DNA from: an uncultured Pelagibacteraceae bacterium
GTDB taxonomy: Bacteria > Pseudomonadota > Alphaproteobacteria > Pelagibacterales > Pelagibacteraceae
DNA: 64,000 nt
Assembly: GCA_902618695.1 (NCBI GenBank)
Contig: CACNCB010000003.1
Coordinates: 17,790-81,789 of the forward strand
Reading direction: 5' to 3'
Part shown: positions 34,960 to 45,443 of the stretch, in pieces
How positions within the stretch are numbered: position 1 is the stretch's first letter
Layout: every line of letters begins with the position of its first letter
Translations under genes and position numbers: made by a program
Notes under the pieces: model-generated
What the model was told of the DNA's origin: nothing
The model's database searches: none
Seen by the model: the letters and a program-made list of their open reading frames with translations, nothing else

Positions 34960-36650
34960 TGGTTGATAATAAATCGAAATTAACTATAGAGGATTATAAA
35001 AGTGATTTTACATTTAAGAAAAAAGAAAATGGATTAAATATTCAATTTAATCGTGTAGCTTTCATTTTCTTTGTTTTTTTTATTATATATTTAATTTACA
35101 CAATACACTTGGTTCACCTAGGTTCACGAAAGAGTAAATTAGAAAAAATCAATAATCTTCCTGGATCTAAAAATCAGCTTTATCGAGCAGACATCATAGA
35201 CATTAATGGAAATTATTTAGCTAAGACAGTTAAATCGATTGATATTGGTTTAAAAACTTCAGATATAATCAATGAAAAAAAATTACTTCTAAGTTTAAAT
35301 ATTATTTTTCCTGATAAAAATTTTGATGAAATTAAAAAAAAAATAAAAACTAAGAATTTTTTTTATTTAGAGAAGAAAATTTCAGAGAAAAATTATGAAA
35401 AAATAATGAAATTAGGAGACAAATCTTTGGTTCCAGAAGAAAGAGTTTTAAGAATATATCCACAAAAAAATCTTTTTAGTCATGTTTTAGGTCAGATAGA
35501 TGATGACAATAATGGTATTTCTGGATTGGAAAAATCTTTAAATGATGAACTTAGAAAATCAAAAGATTCAATTAAACTTACATTAGATAAAGATATTCAA
35601 TTTTTAATTAGAAAAGAATTAATTAAATATCAGGAAATTTTTAAAAGCAAAGGTAGTGCAGCTATTTTAATGGATGTTAATAATGGCAATATTTTATCAT
35701 TAGTTTCTTTGCCAGATTTCAATCCAAATGAAAGGCAAAATATTACAGATGTAAATTATATTAACAGGGTAACTAAAGGAACATATGAACTTGGGTCTGT
35801 ATTTAAAGCATTTACTTTTGCTAGCGCCTTAAATGAAAAGGTAATTGAACCAGAAACTGAATTTTTAGATTTACCCAAATCAATTAAATGTGACAAATAC
35901 AGAATAGGTGAGTACGACAATGAAATACCATCAGATTTAACTGCTGAGCAAATTTTAATTAGATCTGGAAATATAGGATCAGTAAAAATTGCTCAAAAAG
36001 TTGGCTCAGAAAAATTTAAATTATTTTTAGAAAAAGTTGGTGTGTTAAGTGATATTGATTTTGATATTGAAGAAGTTGCTCCTCAAAAAAATTATGATTT
36101 TGGAAAGTGCAGATTAGCTACAGCTTCTTTTGGACATGGAATAGCAACTACAATTCTTCAATTAGCAAAAGGTTACTCTGTTTTATCAAATGGTGGATAT
36201 GAAATTAAACCAACATTAATTTATAAAGAAAACAATTTAAATAAAAAAAATAAAAGAATATTAAACAGAGGTATTTCTGAACAAGTTGTTAGCGCTTTAA
36301 GAAAAATTGTAAATACTGAGGAAGGGACAGCTAAATTTGCAGATGTTCAAAATTATGAAATTGGTGGAAAAACAGGAACCGCTGATCAGCCTGAGGGAGG
36401 AGCATATTCTGAGGCAAAAATAAATACTTTTGCCTCTATTTTTCCTACATCAAATCCACAATTTGTTTTTGTTGTAATGCTAGATACTCCAAAAAAATCT
36501 AAAGATTATTATTATAAGTATAGACATCGAAAAGGAGGGTGGAAAGGTACACTTTATAATACTGCTGGCTGGACCTCAGTAGAGGTAGCTGGAAAAGTTA
36601 TAGACAAAATTGGGCCTATTTTAGCCACAAAATATATAGAGGTTAATTAG
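34959..36650 (+). CDS. ftsI: septal transpeptidase PBP3
   Basis: RADIIDING..LA, SVFK (SxxK), SGN (SxN), KTGTA. Confidence 0.92.
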   Translation: MVDNKSKLTIEDYKSDFTFKKKENGLNIQFNRVAFIFFVFFIIYLIYTIHLVHLGSRKSKLEKINNLPGSKNQLYRADIIDINGNYLAKTVKSIDIGLKTSDIINEKKLLLSLNIIFPDKNFDEIKKKIKTKNFFYLEKKISEKNYEKIMKLGDKSLVPEERVLRIYPQKNLFSHVLGQIDDDNNGISGLEKSLNDELRKSKDSIKLTLDKDIQFLIRKELIKYQEIFKSKGSAAILMDVNNGNILSLVSLPDFNPNERQNITDVNYINRVTKGTYELGSVFKAFTFASALNEKVIEPETEFLDLPKSIKCDKYRIGEYDNEIPSDLTAEQILIRSGNIGSVKIAQKVGSEKFKLFLEKVGVLSDIDFDIEEVAPQKNYDFGKCRLATASFGHGIATTILQLAKGYSVLSNGGYEIKPTLIYKENNLNKKNKRILNRGISEQVVSALRKIVNTEEGTAKFADVQNYEIGGKTGTADQPEGGAYSEAKINTFASIFPTSNPQFVFVVMLDTPKKSKDYYYKYRHRKGGWKGTLYNTAGWTSVEVAGKVIDKIGPILATKYIEVN

Positions 36651-36652
36651 AA

Positions 36653-39496
36653 ATGCTTCTAGGAAACTATTTTCATAACATAAATAAAAAATATAAAAAT
36701 TTTTCTTTTTCAGGAATTTCGTTTGACACGAAGAGTATTAAAAAAAATAATATTTTTTTTGCAATCAAAGGAAATAATATAGATGGAAATAAATTTATTC
36801 CAAAAGCAATTAAAAAAGGATCTAAAATTATTGTAACTGAAAACAAACCGAATCAATTTCAAAATGGAATTTTGTATATTAATACAAAGAATATAAGAAA
36901 ATTATTAGCTGAAACTGCTTTTAAAATTTACAATAAAAAACCAAAAAATTTAATCGCAGTTACAGGTACAAATGGAAAATCATCAGTTGCAGATTTTTAT
37001 TATCAAATATTAAAATTTAATCATAAAAAGGCTGCTTCAATTGGAACATTAGGTGTTAAATCAAAAAGCATTAATTTGAATTTATCTAATACCACAATAG
37101 ATCCAATCAAATTGGCTAAAATATTAAGCAAGTTAAAAAACCAAAAAATAGAAAATGTAATTATGGAAGCTTCAAGTCATGGTTTAAAGCAAAATAGACT
37201 AGATGGTTTAAAGTTTAATTCAGGTATATTTACCAATCTATCCCAGGATCATCTTGATTATCATAAAAATTTAAAAAATTATTTAAAAGCAAAACTTTAT
37301 TTATTTGAAAACCTAATCTCAAAAAGAGGAAATGTAATCACAGATCAATTAATACCTGAGTTTAAAAAGATAAAAAAAATTGCAATAAAAAAGAAATTAA
37401 AATTGCATACACTTAATGATGAGAAAAATAATCTAGAGCTTTTATCTCATAACTTTAAAGGAGAAGGTCAATTTCTTAGAATTAAATTAAATAGCTCAAT
37501 AAGGGATATAAATTTAAATTTAATTGGAAAAATACAATTAAAAAATGTTTTGATGGCAATAATTGCAGCAAAATATAGCGGTATAAGTTTAGATAAAATT
37601 TTAAATACAATTCCAAAATTGAAACCAGTTGAAGGAAGATTTGAAAAAGTAGGTAAAATTAAAAATCAATCAAAAGTAATTCTCGATTATGCTCATACGC
37701 CTGATGCTTTAAAAACGTGTCTTTTAAATCTTAGAGAACAATTCCCTGATAAAGCAATCACAGTGCTATTTGGTTGTGGCGGAAATAGAGATCAAAATAA
37801 AAGATCAAAAATGGGTAAAGTAGCTAGTGATTTTTCAGACAGTATCATTCTTACAAATGATAACCCTAGATTTGAAAATCCTCAAAAAATAAGAAGAGAT
37901 ATAAAAAAAGGTATAAAAAAAAAAAGAATTACTGAAATTGCTAATAGAGCAATAGCAATAAAACGATCTATCTATAATTTGAATTCAGGTGATATTTTGT
38001 TAGTCGCTGGAAAAGGCCATGAGAAAACGCAAGATATTGGAAATAAGAAAATTTTCTTTTCTGATAGAAAAGTAATTTTAAATGCTATTAAGAATAAAAA
38101 TAATAATTTATCAAATAATTTAAAATTAAATGTGATTAAAGAGGCAGTTAAAATTAAAAAATTATCTTCCTCTACATCTTTAAAAACAGCAAGAATTAAT
38201 TCTCAAGAAGTTACTAAAAAAGATATTTTTTTTGCTATTAGAGGAAAAAAAAATGATGGTAATAAATATGTTGCACAATCATTCAAGAGAAAAGCATCGT
38301 TAGCTGTAGTAAACAAAATCCAAAATAACTTAAATAAAAATCGCCAGATTAAAGTAAAAAATACTTTAAAGTTCCTAACAGATATTTCGAAAACTTTTAG
38401 AAAAAGTATTGATACAAATATTATAGCGATTACAGGTAGTTGTGGCAAAACCACACTTAAAGAATTGCTAGGCAATGTATTAAGTAAAATTTCAAAAACA
38501 AGTATTTCTCCAAAATCTTATAACAATAAATTTGGAGTTCCTTTGAGTCTTTTTAATTTAAAACAAAATGATGAATTTGGAATTTTAGAAGTTGGAATGG
38601 ATAAAAAAGGTGAAATTGATTATTTATCAAAAATAATAGAACCAGATGTTGGAGTAATAACAAATATAAATTATGCACATGCTAAAAATTTTAAAAATAT
38701 CAAACAGATTGCTTTGGCAAAATCTGAAATTATTAACAACATTAAACCGTATGGTTATATTGTATTGAATGCAGATGATAACTTTTTTCAATTGCATAAA
38801 AATATTGCCAAAGAAAATAAAATTAAAGTAGTTTCTTTTGGTATTAAAAATAACAAAGCAGACATTAAATTACTTAATACAAAGACTTTTGGAAAAAAAT
38901 TTAAAATTAATATTCAGTTAAATAATAAAAAAAAGTATTTCATATTATCAAACGATTTTCAAAACAATATATATAATACACTTTCTGCCTTATCAGTTAT
39001 TAGTATTTATAAAAATATATTTAAACTTAAAGAAAATATTTTTCTTAATTTTAAAATTCCAGGAGGAAGGGGAGACCATTCTATAATAAAAATTAATAAT
39101 AAAAAAATTAATTTAATTGATCAAAGTTATAATTCAAATCCTCTATCATTAAAATCATCAATAAAAAATTTTGATAAAATAAACTCAAAAAAATCAAATA
39201 AATATTTACTAATTGGTGACATGTTAGAGCTGGGTCGTCATTCTAAAAAACTTCATAAATCTATTGCTCCAATAATTAATCAAACCAAGATAGACAAGGT
39301 ATTTGTAAAAGGTAAAATGGCATCTATAATATTTGATAGTATCTCAAAAGCCAAAAAGGGCCGGATTTTATTAAACAAATCTCAAATTATTGAATTGATC
39401 AGAAAAGATTTAAATAATAATGATTATTTAATGATTAAAGCCTCACTTGCGACAGGATTCAACGACATAGTAAAAGACCTGAAAGGATTACATTAA
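36653..39496 (+). CDS. murEF: bifunctional MurE-MurF ligase fusion
   Basis: MurE half: GTNGKSS, EASSHGL, DYAHTPD, DNPR, AGKGHE. MurF half: GSCGKTT, SYNNKFGVP, D.SYNSNP, GDMLELG, IKAS. Confidence 0.92.
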   Translation: MLLGNYFHNINKKYKNFSFSGISFDTKSIKKNNIFFAIKGNNIDGNKFIPKAIKKGSKIIVTENKPNQFQNGILYINTKNIRKLLAETAFKIYNKKPKNLIAVTGTNGKSSVADFYYQILKFNHKKAASIGTLGVKSKSINLNLSNTTIDPIKLAKILSKLKNQKIENVIMEASSHGLKQNRLDGLKFNSGIFTNLSQDHLDYHKNLKNYLKAKLYLFENLISKRGNVITDQLIPEFKKIKKIAIKKKLKLHTLNDEKNNLELLSHNFKGEGQFLRIKLNSSIRDINLNLIGKIQLKNVLMAIIAAKYSGISLDKILNTIPKLKPVEGRFEKVGKIKNQSKVILDYAHTPDALKTCLLNLREQFPDKAITVLFGCGGNRDQNKRSKMGKVASDFSDSIILTNDNPRFENPQKIRRDIKKGIKKKRITEIANRAIAIKRSIYNLNSGDILLVAGKGHEKTQDIGNKKIFFSDRKVILNAIKNKNNNLSNNLKLNVIKEAVKIKKLSSSTSLKTARINSQEVTKKDIFFAIRGKKNDGNKYVAQSFKRKASLAVVNKIQNNLNKNRQIKVKNTLKFLTDISKTFRKSIDTNIIAITGSCGKTTLKELLGNVLSKISKTSISPKSYNNKFGVPLSLFNLKQNDEFGILEVGMDKKGEIDYLSKIIEPDVGVITNINYAHAKNFKNIKQIALAKSEIINNIKPYGYIVLNADDNFFQLHKNIAKENKIKVVSFGIKNNKADIKLLNTKTFGKKFKINIQLNNKKKYFILSNDFQNNIYNTLSALSVISIYKNIFKLKENIFLNFKIPGGRGDHSIIKINNKKINLIDQSYNSNPLSLKSSIKNFDKINSKKSNKYLLIGDMLELGRHSKKLHKSIAPIINQTKIDKVFVKGKMASIIFDSISKAKKGRILLNKSQIIELIRKDLNNNDYLMIKASLATGFNDIVKDLKGLH

Positions 39497-40582
39497 ATGC
39501 TATATCAATTTTTATTAAATTTTGTTGATACTTTTAGTTTTTTAAATGTATTTAAATATTTAACTTTTAGAACGGGTTTATCTTTTTTCACCTCATTGGT
39601 TATTGTGCTAATTATTGGGGGTCCTTTTATTAAATTTTTTTCAAGACAAAAAATTTTAAATCCAATACGGGACGATGGACCTGAAGATCATATAATTAAA
39701 AAAATTGGTACACCAACAATGGGAGGTTTGATAATTTTATTTGGTTTGTTGGTATCAGTAATATTTTGGGCTGATTTATCAAATATTAATATATTATTTT
39801 GCATCTACATAGCAATTACTTTTGGTTTATTGGGAGCATATGATGACTTTAAGAAGATTAAATACAGTAACTCATCAGGAATTTCTTCAAAATTTAAAAT
39901 AATTTCACAAATAATATTTGCAATTATTGGTGTAAGTTTTTTTGTTTACTTAAACGATTATCAAGATTTAAATAATTTATACTTTCCATTCTTTAAAAAT
40001 TTAATCATAAACCTTGGGTGGTTTTTTATACCATTTGCAATATTCGTAATTATTGGTTCGTCAAATGCTGTTAACCTTACGGATGGATTAGATGGCCTAG
40101 CAACAGTGCCTGTAATATTAGTTGCAGCATGTTTTGCTTTTATAAGTTATGTTACTGGAAACATCGTATTTTCAAATTATTTACAAATACCCTACATAGA
40201 AGGAACCGGTGAAGTATCAATTTTTTGTGGGGCAATTATAGGCTCATGTTTGGGTTTTCTATGGTTTAATGCACCACCTGCAAAAATTTTTATGGGTGAT
40301 ACAGGCTCATTATCTCTTGGAGGGTCTTTAGGTGCAGTAGGAATTATCACAAAGCATGAAATTGTTTTAGCTATTACTGGTGGACTTTTTGTACTAGAGG
40401 CAGTTTCGGTAATGGTTCAGGTGATTTCGTTTAAACTTACTGGGAAAAGAATTTTTAGAATGGCGCCTATTCATCATCATTTTGAGAAAAAGGGATGGCC
40501 AGAGTCTACTGTTGTAATTAGGTTTTGGATTATCTCAATCATCCTAGCAATGATTGGTCTAGCTACCTTAAAATTAAGATAA
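39497..40582 (+). CDS. mraY: phospho-N-acetylmuramoyl-pentapeptide transferase
   Basis: GTPTMGG, NLTDGLDGL, FMGDTGS, APIHHHFE. Confidence 0.97.
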   Translation: MLYQFLLNFVDTFSFLNVFKYLTFRTGLSFFTSLVIVLIIGGPFIKFFSRQKILNPIRDDGPEDHIIKKIGTPTMGGLIILFGLLVSVIFWADLSNINILFCIYIAITFGLLGAYDDFKKIKYSNSSGISSKFKIISQIIFAIIGVSFFVYLNDYQDLNNLYFPFFKNLIINLGWFFIPFAIFVIIGSSNAVNLTDGLDGLATVPVILVAACFAFISYVTGNIVFSNYLQIPYIEGTGEVSIFCGAIIGSCLGFLWFNAPPAKIFMGDTGSLSLGGSLGAVGIITKHEIVLAITGGLFVLEAVSVMVQVISFKLTGKRIFRMAPIHHHFEKKGWPESTVVIRFWIISIILAMIGLATLKLR

Positions 40583-41880
40583 TGAAAATATTTAATAATA
40601 TTTTTTTAAGAAAAAAAATATTAATTTATGGTTTAGGCAAGAGTGGAATCTCATCCTATAAATTCTTAAAAAATAAGTCTGATGTGTATTTATTTGATGA
40701 TAATCAAAAAAATAATTTAAAATTCAAAAAAAAAATAATTAGATACGAACAAATTCAAAAAATAAACTTTGATATAATTATTGTTAGTCCTGGAATTGAT
40801 ATCACAAATTGCAAATTATCAAAATTTTTAAAGAAAAATTTTAAAAAAATTCATACCGACCTTGATGTATTGTTTTCATTTTATAACAATGAAAGTATTA
40901 CGATTACTGGAACTAACGGTAAATCTACAACTGCAAAAATTTTACATGATGCTTTAATCGATCAAAAAAGAGATTCAAGACTTATTGGGAATATTGGCAA
41001 TCCAGCATTATCAGAAAAAAATATTACAAAAAAAACAATCTTTGTAATAGAGGCTTCTTCTTATCAGTTAGAATACAGTAGCGTATTTAGATCAAAATAT
41101 GCGATAATTTTAAACATAACTGCAGACCACATTGAAAGACATAAAAGTTTAAAGAATTATGTGAATGCAAAATTTAAATTGTTAAAATCTCAAGTAAGAG
41201 GATCTTTTGCATATGTAAAAAAAGAGGATGAACTAATAACTAAGAAATTAAATAAAAATAAATATAATTCAAAAATCTACAGAGTACAGACTTCAAGTAT
41301 AAATAAAAAGTTTAATAAAATTACTAATAAATATTTTTTATCTGATGGCAATAAAGAAAATTTATCATTTATATTAAAAATTGCTCCAAGATTAAAACTT
41401 AATTACAAAAAATTAATTAAAACTATTAATAAATTTAAAGGCCTAGATTTCAGACAACAAATTATATTTGATAAAAAAAATCTCACAATAATTAACGACT
41501 CTAAATCTACAAGTTTTGCTTCTTCGGAAAATATATTAAAAAATTTAAATCACGCATTTTGGATTTTAGGAGGAATTCCCAAAAAAGGAGATAAATTTAA
41601 ACTATCAAAAATAAAGTGTGAAAATATCAAAGCTTATATTTTTGGATCACATCATAGAAAATTTATAAAAATTTTAAAAAATAGATTAAAAATTAAAAAT
41701 TTTGCAAATTTAAAAGAAACTCTTAAAGTTATTTTTTCAGAAATTAATATTCAACAATCAAAAAAAAATATTATTTTTTTCAGTCCAGCTGGAGCTTCAT
41801 TCGATAGTTTCAAAAATTTTGAAGATAGAGGATATTATTTCAATCAGATAATTAAAAAATATATAAATGCAAAGCGATAG
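40582..41880 (+). CDS. murD: UDP-MurNAc-L-Ala--D-glutamate ligase
   Basis: GLGKSG, SPGI, GTNGKSTT, EASSYQL, NDSKST, SPAGASFDSF.NFEDRG. Start moved to the TAATG-coupled ATG 40582 (track start 40525). Confidence 0.93.
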   Translation: MKIFNNIFLRKKILIYGLGKSGISSYKFLKNKSDVYLFDDNQKNNLKFKKKIIRYEQIQKINFDIIIVSPGIDITNCKLSKFLKKNFKKIHTDLDVLFSFYNNESITITGTNGKSTTAKILHDALIDQKRDSRLIGNIGNPALSEKNITKKTIFVIEASSYQLEYSSVFRSKYAIILNITADHIERHKSLKNYVNAKFKLLKSQVRGSFAYVKKEDELITKKLNKNKYNSKIYRVQTSSINKKFNKITNKYFLSDGNKENLSFILKIAPRLKLNYKKLIKTINKFKGLDFRQQIIFDKKNLTIINDSKSTSFASSENILKNLNHAFWILGGIPKKGDKFKLSKIKCENIKAYIFGSHHRKFIKILKNRLKIKNFANLKETLKVIFSEINIQQSKKNIIFFSPAGASFDSFKNFEDRGYYFNQIIKKYINAKR

Positions 41881-42988
41881 TATTGTTTACAAATTTTATT
41901 ATCAGTGGTGGAAAAACATAGATAAATCTATTTTTTTACTAATAAGTTTATTATTTATTATTGGATTATTTTTTTCTTTAGTTTCAACTTCTCTAATAGC
42001 TTCTGATAAATTAGATACCAACAGTTATTTCTTCTTTTTTAAACATTTGATTTATGTGTTAATTGGAATATCTCTTATTTTTATATTTTCATCATTAAAT
42101 TCAGATCAATTATATAAATACTCTATTATTCTTTTTTTTGTTTCACTTATTTCTTTATTTTTAGTTCCATTCATTGGTGTTGAAGTTAAAGGTTCTAAAA
42201 GATGGATAGACTTATTTTTTTTACCAAGATTTCAGCCCATAGAAGTTCTAAAACCATTTTTGATAATAATTTTAGCAACTATTCTATGTGATATAAAATC
42301 AAATATTTTATTTAAGTATTTGATATCTATTTTTTTGATATCTTTCATTTCTTTATTGTTAATAGCTCAACCAGATATCGGCCAAACTTTATTAGTGATA
42401 TTTTGTTGGGCAGTTCTAATCTTCACATCAGGAATTAATATATATATTCTTTTAGCAATATTTATTGCTGGTGCGTCTTTGCTTACTTATCTTATTATTT
42501 ATGTTCCAAGGTTTGATTATATTCAAGGACGTATTTTTTCATTTTTTAATAGAGAAACTGGTACTCATAACTTCCAATCTGATAAAGCAATAGAGTCAAT
42601 TACAAGTGGAGGCTTTTTTGGAAAAGGTATAGGTGAAGGAGTTCTTAAAAATAGAGTTCCCGAAGCTCATACTGACTACATTATTTCAGTAATTTCTGAA
42701 GAGTTTGGTGTTGTTGCCATAATGTTAATATTATTATTGTTTTTGATCTTAATTTATATGGTTTTTAAAAAAATAAGTTTTGAGACAAATGATAAAGTAA
42801 AACTTATTTTAATAGGATCAATAAGTTTAATATTAATGCAGGCCACAATTCATATTGGAGTTAATATAAGATTATTTCCAACTACTGGAATGACATTACC
42901 TTTTTTAAGCTATGGTGGTTCATCGATAATAAGCACATCAATATTAGGTGGAATAATTTTAAATTTAACAAAAAGAAAAATAACTTAA
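41867..42988 (+). CDS. ftsW: SEDS peptidoglycan glycosyltransferase
   Basis: GSKRWI, QP.E..K, QPDIG, PEAHTDY, LPFLSYGGSS. Confidence 0.95.
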   Translation: MQSDSIVYKFYYQWWKNIDKSIFLLISLLFIIGLFFSLVSTSLIASDKLDTNSYFFFFKHLIYVLIGISLIFIFSSLNSDQLYKYSIILFFVSLISLFLVPFIGVEVKGSKRWIDLFFLPRFQPIEVLKPFLIIILATILCDIKSNILFKYLISIFLISFISLLLIAQPDIGQTLLVIFCWAVLIFTSGINIYILLAIFIAGASLLTYLIIYVPRFDYIQGRIFSFFNRETGTHNFQSDKAIESITSGGFFGKGIGEGVLKNRVPEAHTDYIISVISEEFGVVAIMLILLLFLILIYMVFKKISFETNDKVKLILIGSISLILMQATIHIGVNIRLFPTTGMTLPFLSYGGSSIISTSILGGIILNLTKRKIT

Positions 42989-42991
42989 TAA

Positions 42992-44056
42992 ATGACAAAA
43001 AAAGTTTTAATTTCCACAGGTGGATCTGGAGGTCATGTGATACCAGCAATTACAATTTATAATCATATAAAGCATAAGCATGAAACCTTGATTACTACTG
43101 ATATAAGAGGCCTTGCATATTTAGACAAGGATTATAAAGTATTTGTAATCAATACCCCAAAATTAAATAATTACTTTTTACTTCCTTTTTCATTTTTAAA
43201 AATACTTTTTCTCACTGTTAAATCTTTTTTTATTTTAAAAAAAAATAAAATTTCAATTTTAATTTCTACAGGTGGCTATATGTCTTTGCCAATATGTTTG
43301 GCAGCAAAAATATTGGGAATTAATATTTTTTTAATTGAACCAAATATGGTTCTTGGAAGAGCAAATAAATTTTTTTTAAATTTTTCAAGAAAATTAATAT
43401 GTTATTCAAAGAATTTAATTAATTTACCATCTGGAATTAATCACAAATTAACTACTGTCAAACCTTTGATACGAAAAGAATATTACGAAACTAATGCGCA
43501 TCAAAAAACTGATAATTTATTCACAATTATAATTATAGGAGGTAGTCAGGGTGCAAAAATCTTTGATGAGCTTTTAAATAAATTTTTTGTGAGTATAGCA
43601 AAACAGGTTTCTATAAAAATTATTCATCAAACAAGTGAGAAAAATATTAATTTTTTAAAAAATTTTTATTCTCAAAATAATATTGAAAGTAGAGTTTTCA
43701 GTTTTGATCACAATCTTAATGAAGTTTTAAAACAGGGGGATTTATGCATAACGAGAGCAGGTGCATCAAGTTTAGCTGAACTATCTTTTTTAAATATTCC
43801 ATTTATAGCAATACCACTTCCGTCATCAAAAGATAATCACCAGTATGAAAATGCAAAATATTATGAGGAACAGGATTGTTGTTGGATAATTGATCAAAAA
43901 AATTTTGACGACCAAAAATTTGAGAAATTTTTATTAGAATTGACAAATAAAAGCCAGGATTACATGACAAAAAAAAATAATTTACAGAAATTAAATTATC
44001 AAAATACATGGAATAATGTTAATCAAAAAATATTAAAAATTATTAATGAACATTAA
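42992..44056 (+). CDS. murG: lipid II GlcNAc transferase
   Basis: GGSGGHV.P, GGY.S, GGSQGA, RAGASS, HQ..NA. Confidence 0.95.
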   Translation: MTKKVLISTGGSGGHVIPAITIYNHIKHKHETLITTDIRGLAYLDKDYKVFVINTPKLNNYFLLPFSFLKILFLTVKSFFILKKNKISILISTGGYMSLPICLAAKILGINIFLIEPNMVLGRANKFFLNFSRKLICYSKNLINLPSGINHKLTTVKPLIRKEYYETNAHQKTDNLFTIIIIGGSQGAKIFDELLNKFFVSIAKQVSIKIIHQTSEKNINFLKNFYSQNNIESRVFSFDHNLNEVLKQGDLCITRAGASSLAELSFLNIPFIAIPLPSSKDNHQYENAKYYEEQDCCWIIDQKNFDDQKFEKFLLELTNKSQDYMTKKNNLQKLNYQNTWNNVNQKILKIINEH

Positions 44057-45443
44057 ATTAGCAAAAACAGAACTTATACATTTTGTAGGAATAGGTGGAA
44101 TAGGTATGAGTGGCTTAGCACTTATTATGAAAGGTAAAGGTTTTAAAGTTCAAGGCAGCGATATTGCAAATAATAAAAATATTGAAAGATTAAGAAAAGA
44201 AAAAATAAAAGTTTTCATTGGACATAAGAAACAAAATATAGAAAAGGGGACTATCCTAGTTGTATCTTCTGCTATTAAAAAAAATAATCCCGAGCTTGTT
44301 GCGGCTAAAAAAAAACAATTACCAATTTATAAAAGAGGAGAGATGCTTGCCAATACTGTTTCTCTAACAAAAAATATTGTAGTAGTTGGATCACATGGTA
44401 AAACAACGACAACATCTTTGATAGCATCTATATTTCAAGAAACAAAAATTGATCCTACGATAATTAATGGTGGAGTAATAAATTCAATTAATAATTCCGC
44501 AAAACTTGGGAAAAGTGAGTGGTCTATATTAGAGGCAGACGAGTCAGATGGAAGTTTTGTTTTTATACCTCCAACATATTCAATCATCACCAATATAGAT
44601 CGAGAGCATATGGATTATTACGGTAGTATTGATAAATTAAATAAATATTTTGTGAATTTTGTAAAAAAAGTTCCTTCATTTGGAAAATCATTTATTTGTT
44701 TAGATGACAAAAATAACAAATATTTAATTAAAAATATCAAAAATAAAAACTTCTATACATATGGCTTGGATACCAAATCAAATTTTTGTATCAAAAATGT
44801 AAAACAATTAAAACACTACTCTGAGTTTGACCTAAATATAAAGTTACCTAATAAAAAAAAACAAGTAATAAAAAAATTCAAAATTCCTTTATTAGGAAAA
44901 CATAATATTAAAAATTCTGTAGCTGCAGCTGCATTAGCTTTAACTGTCGGCCTACCAATAAATAAAATAAAAAAAGGACTTAAAAATTTTAAAGGGGTAC
45001 AAAGAAGATTTAATAAAATTTTCAATTTTAATAATGTAGATTTTTATGACGATTATGCCCATCATCCTACAGAAATCAAAGAAGTATTGGATGGTGTAAA
45101 AAATGTTTACAAAGATTATGAAAAAATATGTATTTTCCAACCGCATAGAATATCAAGATTAAAAGATTTAAAAAAAGAATTTACTTACGCTTTTAAAAAT
45201 GCAGATAAAGTTATCTTGTTTCCAATTTATACTGCTGGAGAAAAAATAAAGCTTGGATTTAGTTATATTAATTTTTCGAAAGAAATAATTAAAAATTCAA
45301 GAGTCCAATTATTTTTGGTTGATGATAGATTTCAATTAGCAAAATTTATTAAGGCAAACATATATGGAAAAAAAATTGTTATAGGAATGGGTGCAGGGAC
45401 TATTTCCAGTTGGATGCGAGAATTACCTAAATTGTTATCATGA
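44046..45443 (+). CDS. murC: UDP-MurNAc--L-alanine ligase
   Basis: GIGGIGMSG, GSHGKTTT, EADESD, DDYAHHPTE, FQPHR. Confidence 0.97.
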   Translation: MNIKLAKTELIHFVGIGGIGMSGLALIMKGKGFKVQGSDIANNKNIERLRKEKIKVFIGHKKQNIEKGTILVVSSAIKKNNPELVAAKKKQLPIYKRGEMLANTVSLTKNIVVVGSHGKTTTTSLIASIFQETKIDPTIINGGVINSINNSAKLGKSEWSILEADESDGSFVFIPPTYSIITNIDREHMDYYGSIDKLNKYFVNFVKKVPSFGKSFICLDDKNNKYLIKNIKNKNFYTYGLDTKSNFCIKNVKQLKHYSEFDLNIKLPNKKKQVIKKFKIPLLGKHNIKNSVAAAALALTVGLPINKIKKGLKNFKGVQRRFNKIFNFNNVDFYDDYAHHPTEIKEVLDGVKNVYKDYEKICIFQPHRISRLKDLKKEFTYAFKNADKVILFPIYTAGEKIKLGFSYINFSKEIIKNSRVQLFLVDDRFQLAKFIKANIYGKKIVIGMGAGTISSWMRELPKLLS

